A stretch of DNA of 64,000 nucleotides from a virus (lineage: Duplodnaviria; Caudoviricetes): IMG/VR virus record IMGVR_UViG_3300044981_000214. One strand, written 5' to 3'. This document shows, in pieces, positions 18,398 to 28,073 of this stretch. Below the pieces are notes generated by a model. The model was not told where the DNA came from. It worked only from the letters and a program-made list of their open reading frames with translations, and searched no databases. Within the stretch, counting starts at the first letter, position 1, and every line of letters begins with the position of its first letter. Position numbers and translations under genes: made by a program.

Positions 18398-18700
18398 TTA
18401 CACAGATTGCATCAGCCGACGAAACTTCTTAGTAGAGCCACAACGTGTGCGGAATTGCCCCACGATCTTGTCGATTGCTTCGTCTTCGGTAGAACCGTAG
18501 CCAACGAACAAGGTTCGGTAACCGTCAAGTAGCTGATCATCGGCAACAATCTCGATTTGGCAGCGATTTGCCTTGCTGGAAACGTTTAGCGTCATCTGTG
18601 CTTTGACCTCGGATGTACTGTCGATAAGAGCAGAATTTGCGAGGAGTTTTTCCGCAAACGTAACCAACGACAGCAATTTTTTGTTAAGCGTATTCTTCAT
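18398..18700 (-). CDS. Hypothetical protein
   Basis: ORF with own promoter. Confidence 0.7.
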   Translation of the reverse strand: MKNTLNKKLLSLVTFAEKLLANSALIDSTSEVKAQMTLNVSSKANRCQIEIVADDQLLDGYRTLFVGYGSTEDEAIDKIVGQFRTRCGSTKKFRRLMQSV

Positions 18701-18708
18701 AAGCCTGA

Positions 18709-18734
18709 AACGCTTGGTTGGCGTTTCCTATTTC
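18709..18734 (-). promoter_or_regulatory. ECF-like early promoter GAAATA-N16-CGTT
   Basis: 8 nt to ATG 18700. Confidence 0.75.
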
Positions 18735-18993
18735 AAAACAAAGAAGATTTGATTACTGCATGAGCAAATAATGTCCGCCGCGGACGTGCTGGTGGCGTAT
18801 CTGTAATTTCAACAGTAAATAGTGTGCCGCACTTACGACACAGCTCTTCATCTCCACGGATACCCTCTAAAACATCGTCTGGAGCATTTTCTAGTGTATA
18901 AGTATCCAGTAGACAGTCACCTGATTTCGATTGAAATTCATTAGGCGTATCGCAACGCGGACAAGGAACCATTACTGTATCAAACATGCCCAT
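18733..18993 (-). CDS. Zn-ribbon protein
   Basis: MGMFD..CPRC...FQSK..C...CRKCG. Confidence 0.7.
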   Translation of the reverse strand: MGMFDTVMVPCPRCDTPNEFQSKSGDCLLDTYTLENAPDDVLEGIRGDEELCRKCGTLFTVEITDTPPARPRRTLFAHAVIKSSLF

Positions 18994-18995
18994 TA

Positions 18996-20294
18996 TTAAA
19001 TCTCCACATCGATAGCCCGCGCGTAAACCGGCACGTCTTTATGATTCTTGGACCCTAGCAGCGCAACCACCGTACGGTGGACGTTGGCAGGCTTCGGAGG
19101 CCAAGTTCCCCAGATTTCTCCATCAGTCAAGTGCACCATCGTATTAAAGCGCCCCCGCTCCTTGCCCACACGTTCGTAGGCTTCATCGAATGAAGTGCCG
19201 CCTCGGCCCTTCATTTTGGAAGAAACAAACTTGATCACGTTCCCCTTGCCACCAGGACGAATCCAGCAAGCTTCCTGGACGCCTGCATCATGCACGACAA
19301 GAAAAACAGGCACGTTGGTGTGATTGACAATAGCTGTAGTCTCAGCAACAGCACGGTTCAGGTCGTCGTCGGACATTGAGCCAGACGTGTCAATTACCAC
19401 ACTCACACGGCACTTATGCGTCACACCACCAGGGAAGATAAATTGCGTATTCGAGCGCCGTGAGCGCCTACTCCACGAGACATCATCATGGCCTGCTGCT
19501 GCAAGCGCTCGACTCAATGCTCCACGGAGGACTTCACCCCAACGGACTTTTGGCTCAGGTACGTTAAGTAGCTTGGCGAGCAAATTGCCTGCACCGTCGC
19601 CAGCACGCTGACCTTCCATTTGTGCTTGGACGGCTGCTTCGTGCCACTGTCGCTTAGCTGCTTCGATTTCGTCGCGCGTTAGTGGTGTACCGTCCTCGTG
19701 CCGAGGCGTCTCATCGTCGTTGGAGCCACTACCTGAATCGCCCATCACACCGCAGCCATTGCCCGCTACAGTCTGTTCGGGATCTTGACCTTCAAGACCC
19801 GGATCATCAGGCGTCTGATTGTAGAGTTCTTCCGACGTTAGCTCGGCTTCTGCGTCAGTTGCAATGACACCGCACTTAGGCATACGAAAAATATCGTGCT
19901 TCGTATTGCCAACCAACGTCTTTTCAATTTCTTTGAGATTGTAGTTAATGATTTTGTCATTAACGAAGTTCCACTTACCATGCTTACGCGTACCACGTCG
20001 GCCGTGGTGCATCATAAACAGGTGCATGATTTCGTGTGCAATCACGAACCTGACTTCTGGGTCACTCAATGTTGCAGCCCATTTAGGCGAGAATCTAACA
20101 ATGCCGTTAATCTGTACGCATGCCGTAGCGATACGTTCATCGGCACGAAATTCAATTCGCGCCAGACCAGGCATGAAGAAAGGACTGATCTTCCAACCAA
20201 GTACGAGCGTTTGAGCCTTCAGACGCTCGACCAGCGCACGATTGGCTGCAGGGTCGCTCTTCTGCGGATTAGGATCTTTGGTTGGAGCCGGCAT
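18996..20294 (-). CDS. DUF2201-type metallopeptidase + vWA domain protein
   Basis: HEIMH zinc motif; MIDAS VVIDTSGSM, GGGTSF, LTDG. Confidence 0.9.
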   Translation of the reverse strand: MPAPTKDPNPQKSDPAANRALVERLKAQTLVLGWKISPFFMPGLARIEFRADERIATACVQINGIVRFSPKWAATLSDPEVRFVIAHEIMHLFMMHHGRRGTRKHGKWNFVNDKIINYNLKEIEKTLVGNTKHDIFRMPKCGVIATDAEAELTSEELYNQTPDDPGLEGQDPEQTVAGNGCGVMGDSGSGSNDDETPRHEDGTPLTRDEIEAAKRQWHEAAVQAQMEGQRAGDGAGNLLAKLLNVPEPKVRWGEVLRGALSRALAAAGHDDVSWSRRSRRSNTQFIFPGGVTHKCRVSVVIDTSGSMSDDDLNRAVAETTAIVNHTNVPVFLVVHDAGVQEACWIRPGGKGNVIKFVSSKMKGRGGTSFDEAYERVGKERGRFNTMVHLTDGEIWGTWPPKPANVHRTVVALLGSKNHKDVPVYARAIDVEI

Positions 20295-20298
20295 AATT

Positions 20299-20535
20299 TT
20301 ATGATACCGGTTTATCGGTACAGAAAGCCAGGCAGATAGGGTTAGGGGAGGCTAGAATCTCCTTAAGCGTCAAAAGACCTGTCTTTAGGAAGTATTTGCT
20401 CATGGAGGCCAGAACATATATCTTGTCGTCCGACGCCACAGGTTCATACCTATTCAACGCAGTTCTAATATCCCTAGCTAGTTCAACAGTGACACCGTTC
20501 GCATCGAGTCGCTCTTTCAACTCGGCCCAAGTCAT
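20299..20535 (-). CDS. Hypothetical protein
   Basis: ORF between AAA and vWA genes. Confidence 0.6.
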   Translation of the reverse strand: MTWAELKERLDANGVTVELARDIRTALNRYEPVASDDKIYVLASMSKYFLKTGLLTLKEILASPNPICLAFCTDKPVS

Positions 20536-21611
20536 TTCGTCATCCCCTTGTTGGTCTTAGCCAACATCCTGATCTGTGCCTTCTTGCCCTCGGTAAAGAA
20601 CAAGGTTTTCGTGGTGTCCTTGCGCATGACCAACATACGAGCACAAGCAGCACCAATCTCAGGCGTCAGACGGTCAGCGTAAATCCAGGCTGCATAACTG
20701 TCTTTCTCGGCGACGCGAGCAAGCAAGCCGACCGCAGCAATCTGCTTGTCCTTGCCCTCGGGAACCTTCGCGCTAGCTGGGTTGGTCGCGATCTCTTCGA
20801 CACTCGGCAACGACTTGCGTTGCTTGCGGATACCGAAGAAAGTAATCGCTTTGTGCTCTCCGACAGCACCGGCAAGAATCGAATAACCGATGCTGTCTTC
20901 CTCTTTGGAGTTGTTGTAGCCAACACCTGCCTTGTCGCAATAATGCGCGTAGGCTTGGAGTCCGCGGTCCCAAGCCCGAGGGCTTCCAAAGGGCAGCCCA
21001 CCATCGATAGAGGCCTTAGGTGGGCTCATGTCGAGCAAGTCACTGTTGACTGACAACGTACCAGCAAAGTCAACGAACTCGTCGAAAACACGAGTACCAG
21101 ACTTCTGAGCGTTGGTGAAGTAGCCCATGATCTCGTCGATATCAGGCTGAAAGTCGTCAAGACGGACAACGCGGTTGACCGTCGCTGCGTCCAGCTCGAT
21201 GCCACCAGGACACTCCTCTGGGCGATTCGCAGCAGCCACGACAACAGAATCCTTATGAAGCTGTTGTCCGCCCGCATAACCTTCAAGCATCAAACGCATC
21301 AACGGGGCTCTCACAGAGGCACTACATGTGGTGATTTCATCCAAGAAAAGTATTCCCGGCTTATCCACACAGGCTTGAATCTGAGGCAGAAGCGCGCGGC
21401 GAAATTCGCCGTCAACAATATACGGCATACCGCCGATATCTGTCACATCACAATTCGAAGCTAGCAACTCATGGCACGGCAACTTGAAGTCTCTTGCAAC
21501 TTCACGAATACATGCGGTTTTGGCCACTCCTGGTGGACCGACCAATAGGACTGTAATCTTGGCGTCAACACAGGCGGAAATCGCCTGCTTAGCTTGCTTG
21601 AAATTCAACAT
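20532..21611 (-). CDS. MoxR-like AAA+ ATPase
   Basis: GPPGVAKT, LFLDE, AAANRP, SPRAW. Confidence 0.9.
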   Translation of the reverse strand: MLNFKQAKQAISACVDAKITVLLVGPPGVAKTACIREVARDFKLPCHELLASNCDVTDIGGMPYIVDGEFRRALLPQIQACVDKPGILFLDEITTCSASVRAPLMRLMLEGYAGGQQLHKDSVVVAAANRPEECPGGIELDAATVNRVVRLDDFQPDIDEIMGYFTNAQKSGTRVFDEFVDFAGTLSVNSDLLDMSPPKASIDGGLPFGSPRAWDRGLQAYAHYCDKAGVGYNNSKEEDSIGYSILAGAVGEHKAITFFGIRKQRKSLPSVEEIATNPASAKVPEGKDKQIAAVGLLARVAEKDSYAAWIYADRLTPEIGAACARMLVMRKDTTKTLFFTEGKKAQIRMLAKTNKGMTK

Positions 21612-21621
21612 CGATACCTTT

Positions 21622-21651
21622 ACCTTAGAGAAGAGCTGTGAAACTTGTCAA
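21622..21651 (-). promoter_or_regulatory. Sigma70-type promoter of the AAA/vWA operon
   Basis: TTGACA-N18-TAAGGT, 10 nt before ATG. Confidence 0.6.
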
Positions 21652-21696
21652 GAGTAAGTTGTAGAATTTGGACAGTCTTGCGTGTCGGAGTAAAAT

Positions 21697-22611
21697 GTGT
21701 TAAATGTCTTGACCTTGGCAGATACAACCGACGCGGCGTGGCTGGTAAAATGCCCTGTATGCGACCGTTCGTTCAAGCGCATAAGTACAGGACATCTAAA
21801 TACACACGGCTTGACCTTGTTACAAGCCCGAGAACGTTTCCCGGGCATGCTAACAGAAGCACCTGAGGCAACCAAGGCTAGAGTAGGGAAGTCGTCGGCA
21901 ACATTACGAGAACGCATAAAGTCCGATCCAGAAGTGGCCGCGTTCTGGGCTGCGCACGGGAAGAAGTTGTATGAAAGGCTAGAAAGAAAAACCACGAAAC
22001 AAGAACGACGAGATCGCTCTATTAATTCCCTCCAAGCTTGGCGGGACACTATGTCGTCGGAAGAACTAAGTGAAACGTCTCGAAAAAGAATGGCAACAGC
22101 GCGTGAACGGTTCCCCGATTTAGCTAGTATGGGCGGCATAGCAGCAGGAGAATTCCAAAGGAAGCCAGAGACCCGGAAAGTGACTTCGAAGCGATTTAAG
22201 AAACTCTGGGAGGACCCTGAGCATCGAGCCAAGGTATCAGCAGCGAATTCGAAGGCGGCGATTGAAGGGCGTATTCCTGTTGTTTTCAATGCATCACGTC
22301 CGACGGAACTTGAGAAACGTTTAATAATCCTGTTCAAGAATTGGGGAATACCGTTCCGATATACAGGAGACGGATCGTTCAGAATTCCAACACCAGATGG
22401 ATGCCGAAATTGGCGAAATCCTGATTTCATCCATACAGACAACATAAAGTCAGCGATCTTATTAGATTCTTATGTTTCAGCAGAACATGATAGCGAGACA
22501 GCAGATTATGCCAACGCAGGGTGGAAGATCCTTAGAATAAACGTAGCCGAGATGAACGATCCCGAATGGCTACAACACAAGCTCCAAATATTTATCGCTG
22601 GCCTAGTTTGA
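21697..22611 (+). mobile_element. Putative free-standing homing endonuclease (Zn-finger, basic helical repeats, DUF559/Vsr-like nuclease)
   Basis: CPVC..HLNTH; PTELEKRL, NPDF, GWKILRI; opposite strand to neighbours. Confidence 0.7.
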
Positions 22612-23281
22612 TGCCGTCGAGAATAATTTCTCGTGCCTTTTTATATTCGCCTGCGTCCATTACCGCTAGGGCGGCATGGCGATAGTCCGATGGCAGTTGC
22701 TCGTAACCCGGGAAGGCTTCAATGCCGCATTCATGTAGGTCCAGTTGAGTCAGACCAGCACGAAGCGCGTCCCTGACGGCGAAACGGACAGCTCTAGCTC
22801 CGCTAGAACTGATTACAGGACGTACAGCATCTTCTGGATCCTCATCAATAATTCGATCTCCTCGCTTATCTCGTATGTGTTCGCTCCAAGTAGCTTGAAC
22901 CATTCCGTCAATAATTGATTCGACAGTACTCTGATTGCGTTGACGATTGACCAGTTCAGTCGACGTAAGCTGAAAAAAGCCTCGAATTTGTTTGTCCGTG
23001 TACCAGTCACGTATAGGTTTGGCAGAAGCACGGACCATATAGGGCTGTAATTTGCAACAAATCGCTCTTGGATAAGTCCCCAACAGATCAGAACGAACAC
23101 TGATCTTACGATCAGCAAGACGCTTCAAAACGGCTATAAGAAATCGTATACGTTCCCAGTCCCAATTGACCAGTTGCTCTACAGCAGTAGCGGCTTGATC
23201 AGCAGTAAGAGTCTCTTGGTAAATCTTGGCAGTCATACTTTCGAGCTTAGCGAAATCGACATCCTTGATACTCACGATCAT
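22592..23281 (-). CDS. Hypothetical protein
   Basis: 229-aa ORF. Confidence 0.7.
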   Translation of the reverse strand: MIVSIKDVDFAKLESMTAKIYQETLTADQAATAVEQLVNWDWERIRFLIAVLKRLADRKISVRSDLLGTYPRAICCKLQPYMVRASAKPIRDWYTDKQIRGFFQLTSTELVNRQRNQSTVESIIDGMVQATWSEHIRDKRGDRIIDEDPEDAVRPVISSSGARAVRFAVRDALRAGLTQLDLHECGIEAFPGYEQLPSDYRHAALAVMDAGEYKKAREIILDGIKLGQR

Positions 23282-24939
23282 TATACTTCCTGAACTTTGC
23301 GATTGGCTGTATCTACTATAACCTCAACTCCTTCAGTATATTTCTCCAGTGCCCCAGAAATACGTACCATCGGGAGTAACCGATCGCGGCCGATTTGAGC
23401 CAAGTGTGCGGTAGCGCCACCTTCCTCCGTGATCACCGCACAAGCGTGCGCAGTCGACACTAAATACTTGGGATGCAAGTTGGGCAGGACAACCACGCTA
23501 CCTTCTTCCGAAGGCAAATTAGGCTTGCCGTGCACGACTCGACCGGACGCCCACGGACCGTCAACTAGGACAGTAATGCCTCTTCCAGCTTCACTAAATT
23601 CATTTTGCAGGTCGCGTACTTTATTCATTGCGGCGTCGGCGAGCGGACTTGGATAGTACAGTAATTCACGATTCGCCGGATCAAGACCTGCACCGACCAC
23701 CCAATCTGTATGATCTTGATTATCCAGTGGCATTTTCATGCCTGAGGGACATACGTTCTGCCAGGGTTGAAGAAAATCCTCGTACATCTTCATTTTAGCG
23801 AACGCCCAACGCAGAAAAGGCGCACGCGGTACCTGGACTTTCCCTGCAGGAATATTGCCATTCCTGCCCCAGGCTTTATCGAGTTCGTCTCCCTTGGACT
23901 CTTCCCAAGACAGTTCAAACAAATCACCGTTGGCCTGCTCCAGAATTTGTTTCTGGTATGCAACTAACCGACGCTTGTACAGCTCATCGCGCTCAAGGTC
24001 AATTTGATCTTGTGCTTCCTGAGCAGCACCTTCATCGACGATTTCATGTGAAAGCTCTTCGTCGGAATCCAGTTTATGATCAAGCTCGTTAAGTTCGTCG
24101 AGTTCTTTGGCTAGCGCAAGCTCGGCATTGATCCGTGCATTCATTGGTAACAGGTCAGCCTTCTTGATTGCATCCTGTTCACGTTTAGTGCGCTCAGCGT
24201 TCATGAAAATAGCTTTTGCAACACGCGCAGGTTGCTCAGGAGGGTCACTCGTGACGTCCTTATCGTCAGCGTCTGCCCAAATTTCTTCAGAGGTCGTGCC
24301 GTACCATTTTGAATGGCTACGCTCCTCAAGACCGTGCCCAGCAGCCAAATATTCGTCGAGCGCTTCCTGCGGCCCTCGTGGAGGCGTCAGCCAATGCGGG
24401 CGCTCATTGCAGGCACGAAAAATCGTCTCGCGTGCCAATCCATAAGAGTCTTTGTCAGGATCAGGATATGAGGTATGCTCCGCTACGATTTCGTCTTTAC
24501 TGCAGTAATGCCAAGCGCGATTCTTATAGCCGCGCTGCATGCCAAAACCATAGCGAACTACAGGCTTCTGGTGATCGTTTCGCATATCACGTGGGCCCAT
24601 ATCGCTCACGTAGGCTACCGGACAATACCATCTACCGTTGATTTGGATACGGCCCGCGTAGATATGCTTGACCTGTTCCTGAAAGGATTTGGTAGTGGCT
24701 ACAGGCTCCTTGACGAGCTTCATCCCTGACTCGTTGCCGACGAGACGCTTGGTGCCAGTCAGGATAGACAACGCTGCGTCAGCAACGCCATTATCTCTGT
24801 CGTCACCTTCGCCTTCGTCGTTTAGAAGGCAACTAGCGATGCGCCAAGCCGAACCGGGAGCATCTTCTAACAAGCGTTGGCGAGCTAGATTCGTTAGATT
24901 AGCGCCAGAAATTTGAAAGTGCATAGTAGGCATAATCAC
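23281..24939 (-). CDS. Protein with C-terminal PEP-utilising enzyme mobile (phospho-His swivel) domain
   Basis: ASGRV...AVITEEGGATAHLAQIGRDRLLPMV...VIVD. Confidence 0.75.
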   Translation of the reverse strand: MIMPTMHFQISGANLTNLARQRLLEDAPGSAWRIASCLLNDEGEGDDRDNGVADAALSILTGTKRLVGNESGMKLVKEPVATTKSFQEQVKHIYAGRIQINGRWYCPVAYVSDMGPRDMRNDHQKPVVRYGFGMQRGYKNRAWHYCSKDEIVAEHTSYPDPDKDSYGLARETIFRACNERPHWLTPPRGPQEALDEYLAAGHGLEERSHSKWYGTTSEEIWADADDKDVTSDPPEQPARVAKAIFMNAERTKREQDAIKKADLLPMNARINAELALAKELDELNELDHKLDSDEELSHEIVDEGAAQEAQDQIDLERDELYKRRLVAYQKQILEQANGDLFELSWEESKGDELDKAWGRNGNIPAGKVQVPRAPFLRWAFAKMKMYEDFLQPWQNVCPSGMKMPLDNQDHTDWVVGAGLDPANRELLYYPSPLADAAMNKVRDLQNEFSEAGRGITVLVDGPWASGRVVHGKPNLPSEEGSVVVLPNLHPKYLVSTAHACAVITEEGGATAHLAQIGRDRLLPMVRISGALEKYTEGVEVIVDTANRKVQEV

Positions 24940-25070
24940 TTGACCGGAAATTTTGCAGAGTCCAAACCAAAACCAAGGATGCGATTTTCAGGCGTTCTCA
25001 CAACACTCGCACTACAAGGCCAACAAACATGCAGCAGCCTGTATGGCATGCCGAACGTCTTCAAGGTCGT

Positions 25071-25337
25071 TCATAAGTACCTTATTGGATAACTGTTTTC
25101 AGGCATCTTAACAACCTTGGTTCTACAAGAGAAACAGACGCGGCCATCGCTATTTATGCCCATAGTGCAAAGCGCTTCCCCGGACAGGTAGTCGTCTTTA
25201 GGCCTGAGATCATCGGCACAATGCAAACAGATCCACAGTCCTGCACGTATGGATAAATCGTATGCGAGTGCATAGTTTCCCACTGAAGCGACAGCACGGA
25301 TAGCGTGCCGCACGTCTTCAAGCGTATCAGCGTCCAT
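25071..25337 (-). CDS. Zn-finger hypothetical protein
   Basis: CLHC...CFSC. Confidence 0.6.
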   Translation of the reverse strand: MDADTLEDVRHAIRAVASVGNYALAYDLSIRAGLWICLHCADDLRPKDDYLSGEALCTMGINSDGRVCFSCRTKVVKMPENSYPIRYL

Positions 25338-25527
25338 TCACAGACCTACGTACTCGATCGGTCGCTCTAAGCCATTGCACTGCTAAGAGCACTCGTTTGG
25401 CCTCTGTATCATCTAGATACACAATCTTTGCGCCCAGCTTTGCCAGCTCTGCATGAGTTGTAGCAAGTGCTATGGCCATTCGCAGTTTATCAGTCGACAT
25501 TGCATTCACAAACTTTCTAATACCCAC
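25327..25527 (-). CDS. Hypothetical protein
   Basis: ORF in packed array. Confidence 0.55.
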   Translation of the reverse strand: MGIRKFVNAMSTDKLRMAIALATTHAELAKLGAKIVYLDDTEAKRVLLAVQWLRATDRVRRSVNGR

Positions 25528-26185
25528 TTCGGAAGCCGACTTTGCTCCCCAGTAACCTATACGAGTTCTGGGTCATCTGACCATTACCGCATCGTCGTTT
25601 TACAGTTTCACCGCATGGTGCGTCCTCGTCGACAAACTCGCGTGCACCGCACTTGTTGGTGGCGTAACCCATTACGTCCCCACATTTAAGCTCGTGGTCC
25701 AATCCGCCGATCATGTGCGCGCTCTCGTGGACAATTGCGGAGCAAACATTTTCGATGTCATGCTCGCCATGAGGCCCGACTTTGGAAAAAACCAGAGCGG
25801 TTCCATCGAGTACAATTCGTCCTTTGTGGTATGGTGCGATACCGTTGTAGTCCCGGTTTGACAGTCCTACATCACTAGCCCAGCCGCCTACAATTACTGT
25901 TGCATAGTGTACTTTAACCGCTGCAGGCGGTCGCCGAGTGAGCACATCTACATTGAAGTTGGCGTAGCGATCACGCACACAAGCTACGATTTGATGCCAT
26001 TCGTCTTCTGAACCGCCGTAAGCAGGTAGCGTCCCAGCCTGGTGACCGTCACCAGTCCCTACAGTTTGACCGTTTCGGTTCAGATAAACAAACGTAGCTT
26101 GAGCAGCGGTCGATGTGTGTTCTGCGTAGGCAGGCACAAACGTATATGTTATGGCAGCGATCGTGAGACTGGGAAAAGACTTCAT
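25517..26185 (-). CDS. Secreted metzincin-like Zn metalloprotease
   Basis: Signal peptide ending AYA; HESAHMIGGLDH; Met-turn CGDVM; paired Cys. Confidence 0.75.
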   Translation of the reverse strand: MKSFPSLTIAAITYTFVPAYAEHTSTAAQATFVYLNRNGQTVGTGDGHQAGTLPAYGGSEDEWHQIVACVRDRYANFNVDVLTRRPPAAVKVHYATVIVGGWASDVGLSNRDYNGIAPYHKGRIVLDGTALVFSKVGPHGEHDIENVCSAIVHESAHMIGGLDHELKCGDVMGYATNKCGAREFVDEDAPCGETVKRRCGNGQMTQNSYRLLGSKVGFRSGY

Positions 26186-26388
26186 TTCTTGATCCAATCA
26201 GCCGTTCTAATCTTGCAGTTATAGATTTCAGCGCAACGTGCACGGGCTGCTCGCCGTTCGTCTTGATATGCAGTATCCACCCAACCTACAATATCGTTGG
26301 TAGCTTTATGAAATTGAATGCGGTTAATCGCGCGCAATTCCAATAGCTCACGGATCTGCTCGTCGGTGATCGTATCGGCGGTCAACAT
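26182..26388 (-). CDS. Hypothetical protein
   Basis: ATGA-coupled ORF. Confidence 0.65.
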   Translation of the reverse strand: MLTADTITDEQIRELLELRAINRIQFHKATNDIVGWVDTAYQDERRAARARCAEIYNCKIRTADWIKK

Positions 26389-26391
26389 TGA

Positions 26392-26706
26392 TTACTCAAC
26401 CGGCAGCGTACCGACCTCAACAAGCAGATGCGCTCCAGCGGCGATACAACTCGCGGACAGATCCAGGCCCCACTCACCAGTACCGATGGAACCTTCCTGA
26501 GGGACCCAGGTACTATCCGAGCCCGAACCAATGTAACACGAGATCTTGGTAGTCGGCACGACGTTAGGCAGGGTAGCGGTTTGGCTGCCTGAACCGTCTG
26601 ATCCCGAACCAGATCCGTTTGAGCTGTTTGAGTCCTCGTAAATGAGGCAGCCCGTAGAAGAGAAGAGGACGATTGCGATTGCGATTTTGTTCAACATAAA
26701 TATCAA
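26392..26706 (-). CDS. Lipoprotein with Gly/Ser linker
   Basis: Lipobox-like STGC, GSGSGSDGSGS linker. Confidence 0.7.
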   Translation of the reverse strand: MIFMLNKIAIAIVLFSSTGCLIYEDSNSSNGSGSGSDGSGSQTATLPNVVPTTKISCYIGSGSDSTWVPQEGSIGTGEWGLDLSASCIAAGAHLLVEVGTLPVE

Positions 26707-26724
26707 ACGAACTACCTAGGCGAC

Positions 26725-26919
26725 TTATTCCGTGCCTGGAGTATGCTTTAGACTCCAAGCAACTTGGACGTTGTTACGCCTAGCGAATGCTAGTCCATAT
26801 CGCACGGCGCCTTGCTCAGTCTTACGTACAGCTATACGCACACCACTAGAATTACACGAGAAATAGGCAAAAACGTGCCAGGCGTACCCGGCACGAATTA
26901 GATTTTGCTCACCGTACAT
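26725..26919 (-). CDS. Hypothetical protein
   Basis: ORF in packed array. Confidence 0.55.
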   Translation of the reverse strand: MYGEQNLIRAGYAWHVFAYFSCNSSGVRIAVRKTEQGAVRYGLAFARRNNVQVAWSLKHTPGTE

Positions 26920-26921
26920 AT

Positions 26922-27200
26922 TTATTCTTCTGGAAGAACAATAGCCGGAAATTCATCTTCATGCCTACGTGCACGTGCCTTCATATTAGGCTCAAGCTTA
27001 CACTGCATTTCGTCAGCCAGCTTACGTAACTGAGTCGCTTCAGAGTCTTTGCCGGCCTTGAACAGTTCAACAGCACGATCTTTAAGAAAATTTACAGCAG
27101 CGTCCAACCCGCTAGTGTGGCCGGCAAGCCAACCTTGTGTCTTAATATTCTCGTAGCAATACCGAGTGCCCTCGTCGTCGGTTAGGATTGTCTCGCGCAT
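26922..27200 (-). CDS. Hypothetical protein
   Basis: ORF; its 5' end is duplicated at 27907-27960. Confidence 0.7.
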   Translation of the reverse strand: MRETILTDDEGTRYCYENIKTQGWLAGHTSGLDAAVNFLKDRAVELFKAGKDSEATQLRKLADEMQCKLEPNMKARARRHEDEFPAIVLPEE

Positions 27201-27203
27201 ATG

Positions 27204-27362
27204 TTATGGCCGTGCACCTTCAGCTGCACTTGCTACCCATGTGCGGATAACATGCTGATAAGGTATATTACGTTCCTTAGCTAGACGCTTAGCCTGCGCT
27301 ACGTCCTTCTTTCGTAACCTTAGATTGATAAGAATAAGCCCTAAATCTTTCTTACGCGGCAT
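27204..27362 (-). CDS. CopG/BrnA-like ribbon-helix-helix protein
   Basis: INLRL..KDVAQAKRLAKERNIPYQHVIRTWV. Confidence 0.75.
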   Translation of the reverse strand: MPRKKDLGLILINLRLRKKDVAQAKRLAKERNIPYQHVIRTWVASAAEGARP

Positions 27363-27868
27363 TAACGACGTTTCTTTCTTACAGGTACGCGGCATCGTAT
27401 GTGCGCCACCTGTGCCCGTTCACGTTTAGTCATTGGACGAAAGCTAGTAATCTCACGTGGGTCTGGGATGCCCTGAAGTAACTCATCGCCTCTTCTGCGT
27501 TTGAAGTCTATTACAGCCTTAGTTCCTCTAAGAAAATCTAGTCCGATCAGATTCTTTCCTTCACGGACTGACTGCGTGGAGCCGTCAGGCAGGTATACTA
27601 CAGCTGGAACGTAAGCCTTAACAGGTAGCTCTCGCTTACCAACACGTAGGACAACTTCAATCAGGTTACCGCCTACTAAACCTGCATTAGTCTCTCCTAA
27701 GGTGTCTGGTGCAGACATATTCGGCTCCAGACGGCAGGCTAGTGTTCGACTCAGGAAAGTTGCATTCGCGCCTGTGTCAATTTTTCCAACGTCGGTGACT
27801 TTGGCCTTCTTGTTACTTGCCGTAAATTTACGAAGGATTGGAGGTTCTGTCTTACGCTTCTTTGCCAT
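27362..27868 (-). CDS. Retropepsin-like (clan AA) aspartic protease
   Basis: IDTGA catalytic motif and NLIGLDFL; start revised to MAKKRK. Confidence 0.8.
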   Translation of the reverse strand: MAKKRKTEPPILRKFTASNKKAKVTDVGKIDTGANATFLSRTLACRLEPNMSAPDTLGETNAGLVGGNLIEVVLRVGKRELPVKAYVPAVVYLPDGSTQSVREGKNLIGLDFLRGTKAVIDFKRRRGDELLQGIPDPREITSFRPMTKRERAQVAHIRCRVPVRKKRR

Positions 27869-27906
27869 GTCTCTACTATATACACGAAACCCTAGGCGTG
27901 CGCTAA

Positions 27907-27960
27907 TAATATTCTCGTAGCAGTATCGCATGCCGTCGTCGTCAGTCAGGATTGTTTCGC
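27907..27960 (-). repeat. 54-bp diverged direct repeat of 27143-27196 (relic gene 5' end)
   Basis: 46/54 identical; ETILTDDDGMRYCYENI vs ETILTDDEGTRYCYENI. Confidence 0.9.
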
Positions 27961-28073
27961 CTAATTCATGGTCTTAGTCTGAATCTCTTCAGATGATTAC
28001 CGCTGGCAGAACGAGTAAATCCCTACTCTCAGCGTCACCGCTTCTGCCTCAGGATTAGGCCAGGTTCTAAGCA

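Noticed and set aside
21648-22445. 265-aa minus-strand ORF
   Set aside because: Antisense to the endonuclease gene, which carries the recognisable motifs.
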